Below, piece by piece: positions 14,542-28,243 of a DNA stretch of 64,000 bases (positions are counted from its first letter, which is position 1; every line of letters begins with the position of its first letter). The notes below the pieces were generated by a model that worked only from the letters and a program-made list of their open reading frames with translations, had not been told where the DNA came from and did no database searches. The stretch lies in NCBI GenBank assembly GCA_001244265.2, contig LN717261.1, positions 2,805,591 to 2,869,590 of the forward strand. Direction: 5' to 3'. This stretch comes from Microbotryum violaceum (lineage: Eukaryota). The position numbers and the translations under genes were made by a program.

Positions 14542-17500
14542 TCATGCTCGCCCTTTGCCTTTAGCCATCCTTCTCTGTTCAGCCGCAGAGAGCTCGACAG
14601 GGGGTGCGATCGTGACAGACCCCGAACCCACAGCCTTCGACCCTATCCGCGACTGCTGCTGTTGCTGCTCCTTTTCCGCCATCTTCTCGTTGCTATTCAT
14701 CGTCTCACTCGAAAACCTCTGCTGCACCGTCTTGTAATGAAGCATCTCCGCCTTGGACACCGACGGAACCAACTGCAAGAGGCGACATCGACCGTCGGAG
14801 TTAGCAAACGAACAAGCTATTGCGTCTACACCCGACCACACAATCACTCGCCTCGGCAAGAGCAGCCTCAAAATCTTTCTGCAAAACGAGCACTTCGATC
14901 TCGGCCGGAGTGGCCATCTCGGCGAGGTAGTATTGAGGCGTAAGCTTGATGCCATTCGAGTAAGGTGGATTCAAATTGAGTTTGGCTGCGGGTGAGGGAA
15001 GGTCTGTCTTTAGTAAATGCAATGAGACCGAACTACATTCTCATCTCAACTCACTGATGGTATCATCAATCTCCGTCGCCTTCCTCGTCATGGCTTTCAG
15101 CATCGCGTCCGAACACAGCGCGTAAAAGTCGGCGCCGGTGTAGTTGTACGGGCACAACGCCACGACATCCTCGAGTCGAATGTTGGGGTCGAGTTTGAAC
15201 TTGCGTGTGAGGGCCTGGATGATCTTGAGCTGCGCATCATGCGTATCGCTCACGCCAAGGTACAGCATGCGATCGAATCTGTCGCCGCCGGAAAGATGCA
15301 AGTCAGTGAACCGTTGGGCGCAGGGAGAGAAAAGCCTTCACTCACCGACCGGGGCGGAGCAAAGCTGGATCGAGCAAGTCAGGTCGATTGGTCGCCCCAA
15401 TAACAAAAACGTCGCTGCCACCCTTGCCCTCCGACATGCCATCCAACTCGGCCAGCAGCTGAGAGACAATACGATCCATCACACCACCCGAATCTCCCTG
15501 GTTACCACGTTTCGGTGCGACCGAATCCAACTCGTCGAAAAAGATGACACACGGCTTGGCATCCCGAGCGCGTTGGAATACTCTTCGTACGTTGGCTTCA
15601 GACTCTCCAATGTACATGTTGAGTAGCTCAGGGCCCTTGACGGAGAAGAAGTTGAGTGAGCATGACGTCGCCACGGCTTTGGCGAGCAAGGTTTTGCCCG
15701 TCCCCGGTGGACCGTACAGCAAGATACCTGATCGCTTCTTCAGCCCATCAGCGAAGAGCTCGGGATGCTCAAGGGGTAATTGAATCGTATCCAAGATGTC
15801 GCTCTTGACATTAGCTAGGCCTCCGACGTCGTCCCAGGTCACGTTGGGGATCTTGGGGGCGCCGATGCTCTCCGAATACGAGGCCCGAGCTTTGTCCAGT
15901 GCTTTGTTGAAGTCCACAGCCGTCAGCTCCAGTCCGGCATGAGCTACATCTTCGACTCGCAGAGATCTTGCATCCGCCTCGGAGGCGTCGATCGACGCGA
16001 GCGCTCGCTCCGCTGCAGCCGAACCAGCCCGTCGCACCAAATCGACCAGGTCATTCGCCACCAGTGCAGCGGTCTGGACGGCGAGAGCCCGCAACGAAAC
16101 GTCAGGCGCGATGACCGAGGAACGGGTCAACGAACGCAGGATCGTAAGACGCTCAGCTTCGTTTGGTGCTTCGATCGCAATCTCCTCTTTGAATGCACCA
16201 AGAACGCCCCTGGGTAGCTTTTCGATGTCACACGTTGTCGCGATGATGATGACGGGGAATCCGCTCGTCTTCCACCCTTGCCGTGCGGTCGCGAAGCACT
16301 CTTTCAATACAGTGGTCATCGCCGGCTCTGCACGAACATCAAAAGATCGACGAAAACCTCAGTCATCTTCCACGTGTCTGAGATCAATTCGACGATCGGC
16401 GCACCTTGCCCAGTCTCGAGTGCTTGACTCTTTCTCGCCAACGCCTCAATGTTCCGCAAGAGCATGATGCACGGGGAGCACGAGAGCGCATTATCGATCC
16501 TCGCTCGTAGATGTCCCTCCGTTTTGACGTCCGACTCGCCAATCAGGTCGTAGCAATCCAACTCGAGCAAATGTAGACCAGAAGAACGAGCGACGAATTT
16601 GACGAGAGATCGCTTGCCCGACCCATGAGCGCCTTTGACGAGCACCGTCAAGTGCAGATCATAGTCGCTTGTCCCAGGTCGCAGAGACGCTTTAACGTAT
16701 TCCAGCAGCCGCCAGGTTGGTGTTCCCTCTTCCAAGGCGGCTTTGTCTGACTTGGCAGCAAACGAGTCGACTATGGGTGAACATCATGGATAAACTTCAA
16801 CTGGTGGCGACTGCCTAGGCCAACGCTGGGATAACAACTCACCTATCCTGAGATACCCCTCCACGTCCGGGACCAGACTATGCTCAACGCCACTCTGCAC
16901 CAGTTTCGTCATTCGAGGATCCACATGGCAGCCGAACGCGCCTAGGTCCAGTAGCTCCGTCAGCTCATCGCCCCCCTCTGCTCGGACCTCTGTCGGAGGC
17001 GAGAGCTCTAGTGACGTGATGACGAAATAAACGACGGCGGTAGGAACATTCAGGGACGCCGGTAGCCTTTGGAAAGTAACGGAGATTGTTGAGCGTCGTC
17101 AGAAAAGAACCTTCGGTCCCGCGCCCAGAAAGGGCTCCGTAACTCACTCGACCTCATCCTCATCTTCTGCGGCTGCTCCTTCGCTGAACCGAGCCATATC
17201 CTCACAGATGCCGACGGCGATCACGTCGCCCTTCTTCAATATCCGCTGTCGATCCTTAAATAAACCTTTGAGACCGTCGAGGAAGAGGGACTGGTACACT
17301 CGATGCACTGACCGGGGTGATGCGACTCGGGCTACAGTGACAGAGGAGGCGAGAGGGAATGAAGTCTGAAAGGGGAGAGCGGCAGGAACGAGTGTGACCG
17401 TCTTGGACGGCAAGGTGTGGAGAAGTGTCGGGGCGAACAACGCAACAGGTGCCCTGCGAGTCGTACAGGGTCGTGTGTTAGCCTCTTGGTACCATGAATG

Positions 17501-18819
17501 ATAGGAGCTTCCACAGCTTACCCTGTCGCATCGATCACGTTTTGCAGTTCGTCCGAAACGAAGACTCGCACCAGTCTTCGCTCCGACGTCAAGACGCTCG
17601 ATCCCTCGGATTCGACCAGAGCCCAATCCCCACTGAACAATCCCACCCGACTGAGATCCCTACTGCCCAAAAAAGCCCATAGTGTTTCATCCTCCCCTTC
17701 GGTAGGTTGCGGAACCAAAGTCGAAGAGTCGACAGGGCGCTGTAAAGCCTGAGCTTGTACGAGCGCGCGCTGGTTCTGACTCCGAAACAGAGCAGATCTC
17801 GTTGGCGAGAGCGGACCATCGCCATGGCTAGGGAAAGGGGAAGGAGGAGAATTCAAAGGCGCAAGATCTGAAAGTTCTCGAGGAGAGATGGGTGTGGAAG
17901 TGCCATCAAGTCGGGGCAGAGAAAGGACTGAAGCGGCCAAGAAAGACTCGTCAATGTCGAATGCGCCGTCATCGTCGTCGAGCGAGTGTAGATCGTGGTG
18001 GTCGCCATGCCCATTCGGAGAACTGCTCCCATTGAGCAATGACGCTGGCTCGTCCGTAGGAGTAAGCACGAGAAAGCGCGTGCTACCGGGAACCAACACG
18101 CCTTGCAGCACAGGCTCGGCTATAGCGATAGTCCAACTAAGCGCCTGACCGCGAGCCGAAGTGGAGCTCAGCACCTCGCCTGACCTAAGGATGCGCCCGT
18201 GCTTGCCGAGTGACTGCAGGAACTCGTCCTTGTTGGTGACCGAGTAGTCGTACGAGTTGGAGTTATATGCGATGAGGATGAGGTCCGAAAGCGGGACCGG
18301 TCGAACACGGGATACACCGAGCGAGACGGAAGACGTCGAGGACGACGAGGCTGAGCTCGAAGTCGACTTGAGCGCGGAGCCAAAAATGGCGGGGTGCTGC
18401 TCGAGCAGTCTTTGTGGTACGTATACAATGTTTGTATTCTGTTACAGTAAATAAGTGATCCATCAGTGGCCCAATAACAACCAGCACCGGCACAAGAGCT
18501 GAGGCAGACGACTGACCGGTTGCTGCTCAGCCTTGTTCTTGCCCGTCGCCTTGCTAGCATTAACGACCAAACTGCCGAACGTAGTCGAGCTATTCCGAGC
18601 TTGAACAAGTCGTGTTCTCGGTGTTAAGGCGATGGCAAATCTAGCCTCTGTCACGAGTTGGGATGAGATCGAGGCACCATGACCCGACTTGGCCTGATCG
18701 TCGTCCTCGGCGTTCAAGTCGCGTAAGCACTGCCACAGCGCATCACTCAGTGCCACCTCGTCAGCGTGGGTGTCGTCTTGCACTTTGATCGACGCCAGGA
18801 GGTCATCTTGGATGGACAT
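14542..18819 (-). CDS. PEX6: Peroxisomal AAA+ ATPase Pex6 (multi-exon)
   Basis: Degenerate D1 (KGAHGSGK). Conserved D2: [91 protein letters not shown] introns. Start MSIQDD at 18819 is inferred. Confidence 0.95.
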
Positions 18820-19163
18820 GGCGCCCCGCTCGGATACTTGCGATTGAGCGGTCGAGACGGACGGTCGAGAAGGAGCGACGATCAGTTTAACCGGCCGGTC
18901 GGTCAAAAAGTCATAACCGGTTTCATGCCCGAGAGTGCCCGAGCCAGCCGAGCCGGAGTTCATCGTCGCCGAGACCTGAATCCGCCCCGGTTCACTATGT
19001 ATCGATACAACCCAGTTTTAGGAAGGATCCTCTGATCAATCCCACACAGCAGTGTAAATGATGAACCAATTGAATTATTCGCAGAATATAATGCAAGCTT
19101 CCTGACAATGCCAGGGGTATCGTCCGCCACGCCATTCGGCCTCCGGATCGGGCCAACCCCATT

Positions 19164-22100
19164 TCAATCACCATACGTCGATGGCAGCTTGGGTACAGCA
19201 GGAGCGCCATGGCTTCTCCCCAATCGCGATGAAGATAACTGCTTTCCGCCATTGTTGAGAGGACGTCGCTGCAAGCTCCCACCGACAGCTTTGCCGCCCC
19301 TGCCTTGCTGCAAACGCGTGCTCTCTTGCTGCAACGAAGCTATCGTCGCAAGCTGTTGGGCAATAAAGTCACTCGTGCCAGAGCTGTACCAGACCAATCG
19401 ACTCGTTGCTCAGTTAGTCCGAGTTGAAGGGTCACTCTAAGGAGTAAGCTACTCACTGCATCCTCAGGATCCTCAATATCATCTCGCCACTAGTCGAGGA
19501 CGTCTGCTTCTTCTCGATCTTGCGCGCGCGGATCGTACCCAGGTTGCGTTGCTGATACACCGACTTGGATCGCGATAGCAGCGAGTCATTCTTGCTCAGC
19601 ATGGAGCGTTGCACTGTAGGTCGGAATCGGAGGTCAGTGATCAGCTTCAAACAGCATGAGAAGTCACTGCCGCCGCGACTTACTCGATCGAACCGACTCT
19701 TCCATCAATTGATCCGTGGTCCAGTCCCAGTACATCCTCGCTTCGACGAGTTCTGTGCGAACAGTTTCCCGTAAGTGGACCGCACCGAGCACCGCATTCA
19801 GAATCTCGTTGCTCACCTCGATATTTGGCATTGCGAAGATCCTCAAGCGGGACACCGTCGCCGCTGCTGTGGAAGAAGTTCACCAAGAACTTTGAAACGG
19901 AAAACGGATTGATTGGAGCGCTGTCAGCATTTAAGCCCCAAAAATCTACCGCAAAGGTCCTTCGCAGTACTCACCCCAAGCCACTTGAAGACAATGTCCA
20001 ATTCTTTCTCACTCATCATTTTCAGCGGTGTAGGTCGGTCCGATAGAGGCGGAACGATCAAGCCTTCGATGGTTGTGAGAATGACCTTCCACAGTCTCGA
20101 GATGACGAGATTCCACGCTGCGCAAGGGGTCCAGCACCATCATGAGTTAAGAACATCAACGAAATGGCTCTCAAGGACTCACCATCTTGACTCAAGCTTG
20201 TCTTGAGCGTACCAAAGGTATCGTTGAAGTAATCAAACAGGTCCCCAATCGCGTCCTCAATCTCAAGATCCGTCAACGGCCCTCGACCCTTCTTCTTCTC
20301 ACTCGGCGAAGCCGTAGTCTCATAGTGACCGTATTCCTCGACGGGCGGAATCGTGTATGAAGGCCCATTGATGGCGTCACGGACATAAGCGTTGAGCTTG
20401 CCACCGACTTTGACGACGTCGCCGCGCACCTTATCTAGATCGATGTCAAAGTTATACGAAGTCTTGACGAGCGCTTTGAGGGTATTGCGGGAGATGTAGT
20501 GGCGCACGAAAGGCGACATCTTTTCAATATGAGCGAGGACAGGTTCAGTGGGTGGGATCTCGACTGTACCGATCAGGCGGCTTACCTTGTCGACCATGAT
20601 TCGGACCATATCACTCTCGGCACGCTTGAGCCATCGGAACGCGCGACCAAAGTAAAACTGAATATCATCCTTCTCCCATTCCATACTGATGCGGAACGAA
20701 ATGCGACTGTCAAGTCGACGTCGCTTGGTATCTTCAAGTTGGAACCACAGGTCCTTGGGCATGAAATCGCTGAACTCTTTCGGGTCGAGATGGACGTAAG
20801 CGCAGCCATAGTTGTCGTGGCTCTCTACGAGATTGCGGTTGTAAACCGTCGCACGGAGCCAGAGATCGCCTTTGACTGAGATATCAATCGTCTCATCCCA
20901 TCGTGGGTCGTTCGTATCGTACAACGTTCGCGTCTTGGCCACGCGGTATCCTTGGGGGTCCGACAAAATCAGGAACGGGTCGAGCTTCTTGCGCGAGGCA
21001 CTGTCGTTCGGGGCCAGATTCTCGCCCAGTAGGATCTTGACCGTGAAGAGATACCGCGTGGGCTGTATCACCTGCTGCGGCGCTTCCGTCTGCTGATGAG
21101 ATTCGACGGTACGAGAGACATTGTCGGCATCGAGCGTCGTGTACATGATGTCCAAGAGCTTGCGTGCGGCTTGGATGTTGTTAAGCTTGACACACGTCTG
21201 CAGAAGCAGTTCATCCCGTTGAGTTCAGTTAATCACGAGTCAAAACCAAGGCAAAAGGCCACATACCTCGGGTTTGAAGACAAAAGGCTGAATCTTCTTA
21301 TCCCCTTGCACGACCATCTTCGCTTTCGTGAGCCACGCCGAAGGTCGAGCCGCTTCCGGATCTTGCTCTTGCTCGCCGCGAGGGTACATCTCATCGATGA
21401 ACATTGCTTCCAGCGCACTCGCATACCGTTCGATTGACTTTGCGATGGTTTGAGACAGGGCGGTAAGGTATCGAGCGTTGTCGTACGAGTCGGGCCAGTT
21501 GAGTTTGAGGATGAAGTCCGCTGCGGATCGGCACGAATCGCTGAGGTCGATGATGGAGGATGAATGACCGTCGGCTCCCTCGGGTTCGAACTGGGAGCAG
21601 CGAGGCTGAGCATCAGCTCGTGTTCCGTAGCTGATCCTGATCGAGCACTAGCAACACTCACCGTGTCGTGATGAATGGCCGCCTTCACCCATTCGGTCGT
21701 CTTGGCATCGGTTCTTTGCAGCCATTTCCGGATGTAGGGTTCGAACCAGCTCGAAAATTCAACCTTGAGCGGCTCCCTGTCCAACGAACAAAAGACAAGG
21801 GTAAGTCTTGAGAAAGCCGTGAGAAACTGGTAAAAAAACACGCACTTGGGACAGAAAGCGCCATGCATCCTCTGCAAGGCCAAGATGGCGCGATACAGAT
21901 CCAAGATATCTGCATCATTCGCGCCTCCTTCCCCTTCATTCCTGGTCACCGCGTCCAGAAGAGTTTGCCGCTGCGAGTTGAGGTGTTGGACGAACCACGG
22001 ACCCGCAATTCCCAGGAACAAGGCTGGCGGATCGATCACGCTATTGACATTTCGTAATACGGACGCATCAGCATTGCTTTATTGCCCTTTGGTATGGCCA

Positions 22101-24206
22101 CTTTTAGAACTCACTCAACAATTTTTTTGGGGAACAACGTGTCATAGCTCTTAGCCTCGGCAGTGATCCAATAAAGCATCGTCAAAAACGGGTGTAGCGC
22201 ATTCCCGGGCGGAGACCTCTCAATGACCTCGAGCTGTTTCTCCTCGTACATCATCACGATGAACTTGCGCATCCCCTGTTGCAGCTCTTGCAAGGTCGCA
22301 TCAAAGTCCCGAATGTCCTCCCGGAAGACTTCGTTGGTGTGCACCTCGTGGATCAGATCCACTACCTCCTCCAGGGAGATCGCGAGAAGTCCCTGGAAGA
22401 CCTCAAAGAAACGGCTAAGTAGCGTGTCGAAGAGCACCGAGAGCCCTTTGAAGAGGTAGTCTCGGTCTGCCCAGGGCCAGCGGGCGTATTCCCAGTCCTC
22501 CACGACCTGCGCCAAATCGCTGAGAGCCTGCGCAACACAGGCTTCCGGCACGGCTTGAAACTTGTAGTGCTGGCCGATGAGCGAGAGCAACGTCCCCGCT
22601 CGAGTCGGGGCCATGATACGCCATCGCGTCGCACAACCCGAAAGAAGCTCCTCGTGCAGTGGCGACAGAATCGTCAGCGAGACGTCCTGATCGGGAGGAA
22701 GATCCCTCATTGCTTCATAGTCGTGATTGAGGGCGATCTCATACAGCCGTCGGTAATAGAACTTGGGATCCGGCGGTACAAATACGAACGCTGGGTCGAC
22801 GAGCGGTTCGCTGTCGTCCTCGGAGTTTAGCGAGAAACCTCCATCAACCGAAAGAACAGACCGGCGCAAACTCGGTGATCCCGTGATGGGGGTACTCGAG
22901 CCCGTTTCACCCGTCGCGACAGTCGATGACGCCGATCGCACGAGATTCGGGTTGCGCTTGATCATGTTCAGCATGTATTCCTGCAGCGTATCGCTCTCCT
23001 GTTTGCGCCAGGTCGAGAACGACTCGTCCGAATCGAAATCCTCTCTTCGTGCGGGAAAGCGAGCACCTTTCGCGACGTTGTTGATGCAGAGCTTGAAGTC
23101 ATTGAAGGCGGACTGTCAGACCATGTCGAGAGGGATCAGCACATCGAACGTGAACGCAGTGCGCATGATGTGGCGCAACAACTGCTCACCTGTTCAGTAC
23201 ATGTCCTTCGGATTGGAAAGTAGTCGCGATTCAGATCGGCGATCGATTTGCCAAAAAGTTTGCCGACTGCAAGGACCATTGGCATATCCTGCACGTTCGC
23301 CGATCCAGGTATGGGTGGGGTGAGGTGGGTATCGAGGGTGAGCTTCGAGGTCGAAGCCTGCGCCGATCCGGTTGAGGCACTAGAAGACAAGTTCTTGTTG
23401 GTCGAAGCGGTCGATGCTGAGTTGGGACCACCTGCACTCGCCGGAGTCTGCATCTTTGAGCAGTACGAGTCGAGCCTGAGCAGGAGCTCGGAGGGCACGC
23501 CGCGACAGAGTTTGAGGCCATCTCGAAGCACCATGACGAACTCGGCGACATGTTGGTTGAGGTGCTCTTTCCAGTCATCCCCTTCGAGCCGCTTCCTGAG
23601 GTACCCGGAAGCGATGGTGACGAAAGTCAAGATGATCTCCTCTATGCCTCGGTTCTGCAGCAGCTTGGTCTGGAACGACTTGTCCTTGTAGGTACCGTAG
23701 AAGGCACCGACAGTGGCTCGGAACAACTTATCGTCGTGCTTGGGATCCGACCCTTGGAATATCTTGACGAGCTTTCCATCGAGCACCTTGACAAACTCCT
23801 TGGGGAACTTGACACTCTTGCCGCTGCCGCTGCCACCGCTCGAGTCTCGGAATACGTCACCGACGGAAAGCAGCGCATTGGTCCACCCGTCGGCGGGGCG
23901 CAAGGATGATCCCATGGCTGAGGACGAGGTGGTGGACAATTTGAGATTGTTCGCCCGTTGCTTTGCGGTCAGGTTCGAAGCGGTGATGGTCGAGGTCGAG
24001 GTCGTGGCTGAGGCTGAGCCCAAGCCCGACGCGGCACCAGCGGCACCGGCCTCGTTCGCGTCATCAGCATCGCTCTCGAGTCCAGCACGGAGCACCGAGT
24101 GCAGGACCGCGAAGCGTAGCGCATACTGGTACACGTCATTGTCCTCGCGTGGGACATGCGACGACGACGCGGTGGAGCGAGACGATCGTCCTGTACCGGG
24201 CGGCAT
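19164..24206 (-). CDS. Munc13-homology (MHD1/MHD2) plus C2 domain protein, Git1/YOR296W-like (multi-exon)
   Basis: N-terminal YQYALRFAVL, VFVPPDPKFYYRRL and FEPYIRKWL. C2 domain FTVKILLGENL...DPFLIL...KTRTLYDTNDPRWDET. DDIQFYFGRAFRWLKR and C-terminal ILRILRM. Family recognised from memory. Confidence 0.8.
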
Positions 24207-25018
24207 GGCCTCTCAAAATCGCCAACAGTCAACAATCGACGATTCGAACCGAGTTGGCTGTCGTCGTTCTGGCAATAATCGTGGCTGAGACTGGTATGAT
24301 GATCGGGCCTGTAGCCGTGGTTGTGGTCGGTGCAGGAGGATAACACGGTCTTGTTGCGGCTGCCTGCGTTCAGCTGTACGTGGGCATGTAAACGTCCCCG
24401 AGAACCCCTCGATGCAAGCAAGTGATACTGGCTCGTCGTCGACTCGTCGTGCGACGTGAGTGCACAGGCCTAGCGAGGGCCTGAGCGCCTGAACGCCTGA
24501 GCGCCTGAGCTCCACTCCGCGCCTCACTCGGCAGGCGCGACAGGACCCGGAAAAGCTCAGCCCAATGTTAAGCTCAACTAAGCCCTCCCTAAGCTCAACT
24601 AAGCCTCTCCACAGACACTAAGCCCTCCACTCTGTGGAAAGGCTTAGAGCTTATCGGCGCGCCTGGCCCAGTTGCCCTCCGAAATTTCAGGGCCATTTTG
24701 GGGTGGTTCTCTGTAGCGTGGCAAGTACTTACAATTATCCAAAACGTAGAGACGCTATTAATCTTCTACTAGAAAAAATGGCCCGTGCCGAACGGCAAGA
24801 GGATACCCCATCTGTAGGCGAAGCTATAATGATCTGAAGTGTGTAAATTTGGTCAATTTGGTCCCGAGTGGTCCGAGCGGCAGCACGCTGCTGCAGCCGC
24901 CGGCTTCCGCACTTCGGCGTGTGCGCATCGGTTTCTCTCCCGTCCCATTCCGCATCATTCGTCTTCTTGGTACTATGCTCTTCGCTTGTTCTCGGTGCAA
25001 CACCGCGCTTATCTCAGA

Positions 25019-25513
25019 ATGACGCGCAACCGCAGACGCTATGACTCGACGACTCGCCAGGATCGCCGCCGTCAGGCGGATCTATTCGCTCGGTTTCGGC
25101 TTCATAAGCTCTCACTATGTCAATACCTCTTGTGGTATTTCAGCCCATCAACACAACACAATGGTGTTCACAATCGTAGACCAAAGCTCTTCAACAGTAA
25201 TTGGACCCAGCTCAAGCATGTACTTGATCTCATCATACAACTCGCCCACGAAGATGACTCAGACGCACGAGGCCGAATCAATAATTGGATCGCCAACCAG
25301 GTGGGTAACACTCCAGCATGTCAGATCAGTATACAAGAACGCGGCAAGGCCTCTTATAACTCGTTGTCGGAACGAGCCCTTCGCTATCCAGCCCAGCGCT
25401 TGTCTCCATTGTGCATTTCTGGAGACTGTCGGAGATTTTTAGTAGCAAGATATCAGTACGGGGGTTGTGAGCATGCAAAAACCTGCATCGGATTGAATGG
25501 ACATGTACGATGA
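25019..25513 (+). pseudogene. Probable N-terminal fragment of the Academ transposase
   Basis: Convergent to the helicase, the arrangement described for fungal AcademH. LSLCQYLLWYFSP..LKHVLDLII..RINNWIANQV loosely resembles basidiomycete Academ transposase N-termini. No catalytic motifs seen. Confidence 0.45.
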
Positions 25514-26170
25514 AGATGAATGAGACGGTATGGGAGGGATCGCTCAACTGCTGGTACAGCTCTCCGTCACCCCATGTTTCCTTGCATATGCCAACCGCTT
25601 TCTTTCGCTCTTGATTGAGATTGTCGGCCTGTAAAGGTATCAAGACCGTGGGACTCAGCACCGGCGTCGCCTCAACGGCCAACCGAATAAAACCTACCTG
25701 ATGTTGGCTCAGCGCAGTCGGAGGACTGACAACTATGGTCACTGCCCGGCGTCCGTAAACCAAATACATGGCTTGAAATATCAAGCTCTTCCCTGACCCG
25801 TTGGAGCAATGACGAACACAGCGTCATACTGATTTCGAGTCTTGAACCGCTCGAGCTGAAAAAGTCCCGCTCGAGCTTCGATTTGCACCGGCCAGGGGAC
25901 GAAGTCCTCGCCAAATTTGTCGACCAAGAGGAGTCTGAGCTTCTTGCGTAACTCAATTGGGTCAACTCGATCTTCTTGAGTCAATTGTGATCTCCAGTGA
26001 GCAGCCCGAGAGCGACGGGTAGGCAGTTCGGGGGTTGTGTTGGTTGATGGATGGTCCCTTGATGTTGTTGGCTTTGCTCTCGAAGCTGATCGTAAGGGCG
26101 ACTCTCTGAACTCAATCGATGGAGACCGACGCGGTGTGCCCTTGGCAGGCGTTGGCGTTTGTACGGGCAT
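25505..26170 (-). pseudogene. RecQ-like SF2 helicase N-terminal fragment
   Basis: PWPVQ (Q motif), VFVIAPTGQGKSLIFQ (motif I, across a 1-nt shift at ~25790) and TIVVSPPTAL (motif Ia). Truncated before DExH. Confidence 0.8.
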
Positions 26171-26870
26171 GGTGGATCATGAGGGCGGTAGCGACGTCGT
26201 GGACTGGCGTTGTGGACCGAAAGTGAGACCGGTGAGGCGCGGCTGGAAGAACCGTCCCTCTGGGTCCGTGCGCGAGCCAGCTCCAAGTCGAAAATAACGA
26301 CTTCTCACCGCTGTAGCTCAATGAATAGGAGTTACAAGAGTCTTCCCTTGGGTAGATGCTCGAAAAAATAGCATAAGAGTGCGCCTATTGCAACGCTTGT
26401 ATAGGTTGATTTTATTTGCCATGCTATGGCAAGGTGGTACTTTTCTGGGCCAAATTTCGATAGGCAACTCAGCCAAACGCGCCGATAACAGAGTGGAGGG
26501 TTTCGAGCTTAGCCCAATGTGCGTCTCGAAAAACAGCGATTTTAGGCCGATTTGTACATCGGGATAAGGTGTCTGAGGGGTCGATTAACGCACCGCGGGG
26601 CGGCGACGAGTCCCTGAACCTCCAGTGCTGTAAGGCCGCCCCTTTGAGACCAGGCCTTCGACCCCGTAGCCGACGTCAAGACGCGTGCAAATATACGCAC
26701 ACTCGAACTGTCAATTCGGCCAGGCCAATATTTTTTGGGCCAAATTGCTCTGCTTTTGACCGCCTTATCGGGCCGGTTCGGTTCGGAATAGGGGGGCGGG
26801 CTAGGATGCCCAAATGTAGTACATTCCAAATTCATCCTCAAATCCCCTGCTCGCCCCCTTCTCCCCATAC

Positions 26871-28243
26871 TCATACTCTCCTCTGCTTAGCCCGCCATGT
26901 AGAATACCCTTCCGTAACTGACTTGCCTGCCTCGATGAAAGCCTCGGCCAGCCCAGAGTCCGCCAGCCGTGTGAGAGGGTCGCAACCATCAGCCTCCAAC
27001 TCCTGCCAAGTTCGAAGCAGCTTTGCGTGTACTCGTCTAGCTTCCTCAGCGAGCCGTCGGTAGAGTTGAATGCGATCTTCGTGCTCCGCAGTGTTGTTGG
27101 GTATCGCTTGAAGTGGTGGAGGGAGCGACAATGACGACGGCAGCGAGGGCGAGACTTCGAAAAACATGAGATGATGCTTGAGATGCGAGAGGAACATGGT
27201 CGCTAGTGCAAAGATCCACGCGCTGGCGAGTGACACACGCGGCAAGCCACATGTTCTTGCACGGAAACATGTGGCAAATGAAATCCGGAAAATCGCAAGT
27301 CGAGATCATTTTCGAGTCGGTGGGATGGAGTCCAACGGTATAGCATGTTCCAATGAAGGTCAAGTCCTCGTCCTCCTGCTCGTCCTCTCCAAAAGAAGTG
27401 ACGTAGATCTAAATGTTGGCAAAAAGAAGAAGAAAAAGGCGCCAAAGTCAAGTCAGCCAAAGTCTCGACCCCGAGACGCGAGAAAATCCTACGTTTAACT
27501 CACATCACAGTCGTCGTCCATTTCCGTGACCATATCGTTCGCTCGACTCCACTCAATTGATTGCGCGGCGTTCTGGCGCCGAGTCACGGCTTTACTCGAT
27601 CGCCGACGAACAAAGCCGGTGATGATGAGACGAATATCTTGGCGGTATGCTGGCTCGGCGTCCATTGTGAGGGTGTGGATGAGCTGATCCGTCCGCTGTC
27701 GCTGCCCGCGGCCAATGTAGTGATACTTTAAGATCTTATGACAAGACTCGATGTAGTTGTTTGTGGCCATCACGTGATGCGTAACCTGTGTATCATCAGA
27801 AACAAGAGTATGAGCCGAGGTAACTATCTCGAGGCCAGCGCGCCGGACCGAAGGGATCGTCGCTTACCTTCACCCACGGCCCAATTGTAGTATTGTTCCA
27901 ACATCATTCTGCGATCTTGACCTTTGAGACGAGTGCCGGATCTGTGTGGAGAGGAGCAGCGGTAGAAGGACAGTCAACAAAACAGTCAGCATGCGCATCG
28001 AGCGCAACGCGCTGTTTGACTGTCATGAGAACGCGATGGAAACCTACTTGACAGTTGATTGGAAGGACCTGCGATCATGTGGCGTTGCCAATTGATGGTC
28101 GCACGTTGTCGTGCCAGCCAGTCGGGGATTTTGGCGGCGGGAACCAATGTTGTTTGTATCGATTTGGGGTCAGGCGGCGCAACGAGAGGTCGCGTGGCCT
28201 TGTACGACATAGATGTGTCGAAGAGAGGGTTTGACGTCATGGT
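26871..28243 (-). pseudogene. MULE-type transposase remnant with degenerate SWIM zinc finger (core deleted)
   Basis: TNNYIESCHKILKYHY..RQRTDQLIHTL (MULE C-terminal E motif) and CDFPDFICHMFPCKNMW (SWIM CxCxxF..PCKH-like). Confidence 0.75.

Larger units (their letters stand above)
24569..26511. mobile_element. AcademH-like DNA transposon, internally deleted (1943 bp)
   Basis: Termini TAAGCTC...GAGCTTA with a perfect 9-bp TSD GCCCAATGT (24560-24568, 26512-26520). Imperfect inner TIR (ttatcggcgcg...gttgcc..cgaaattt). Contains a RecQ-like helicase 5' fragment and a convergent ORF fragment. Confidence 0.85.

Noticed and set aside
22223-24421. Numerous 60-190 aa ORFs antisense to or overlapping real genes (here and throughout the window)
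   Set aside because: Shadow ORFs expected in GC-rich coding DNA, with no motifs or independent splice signals.
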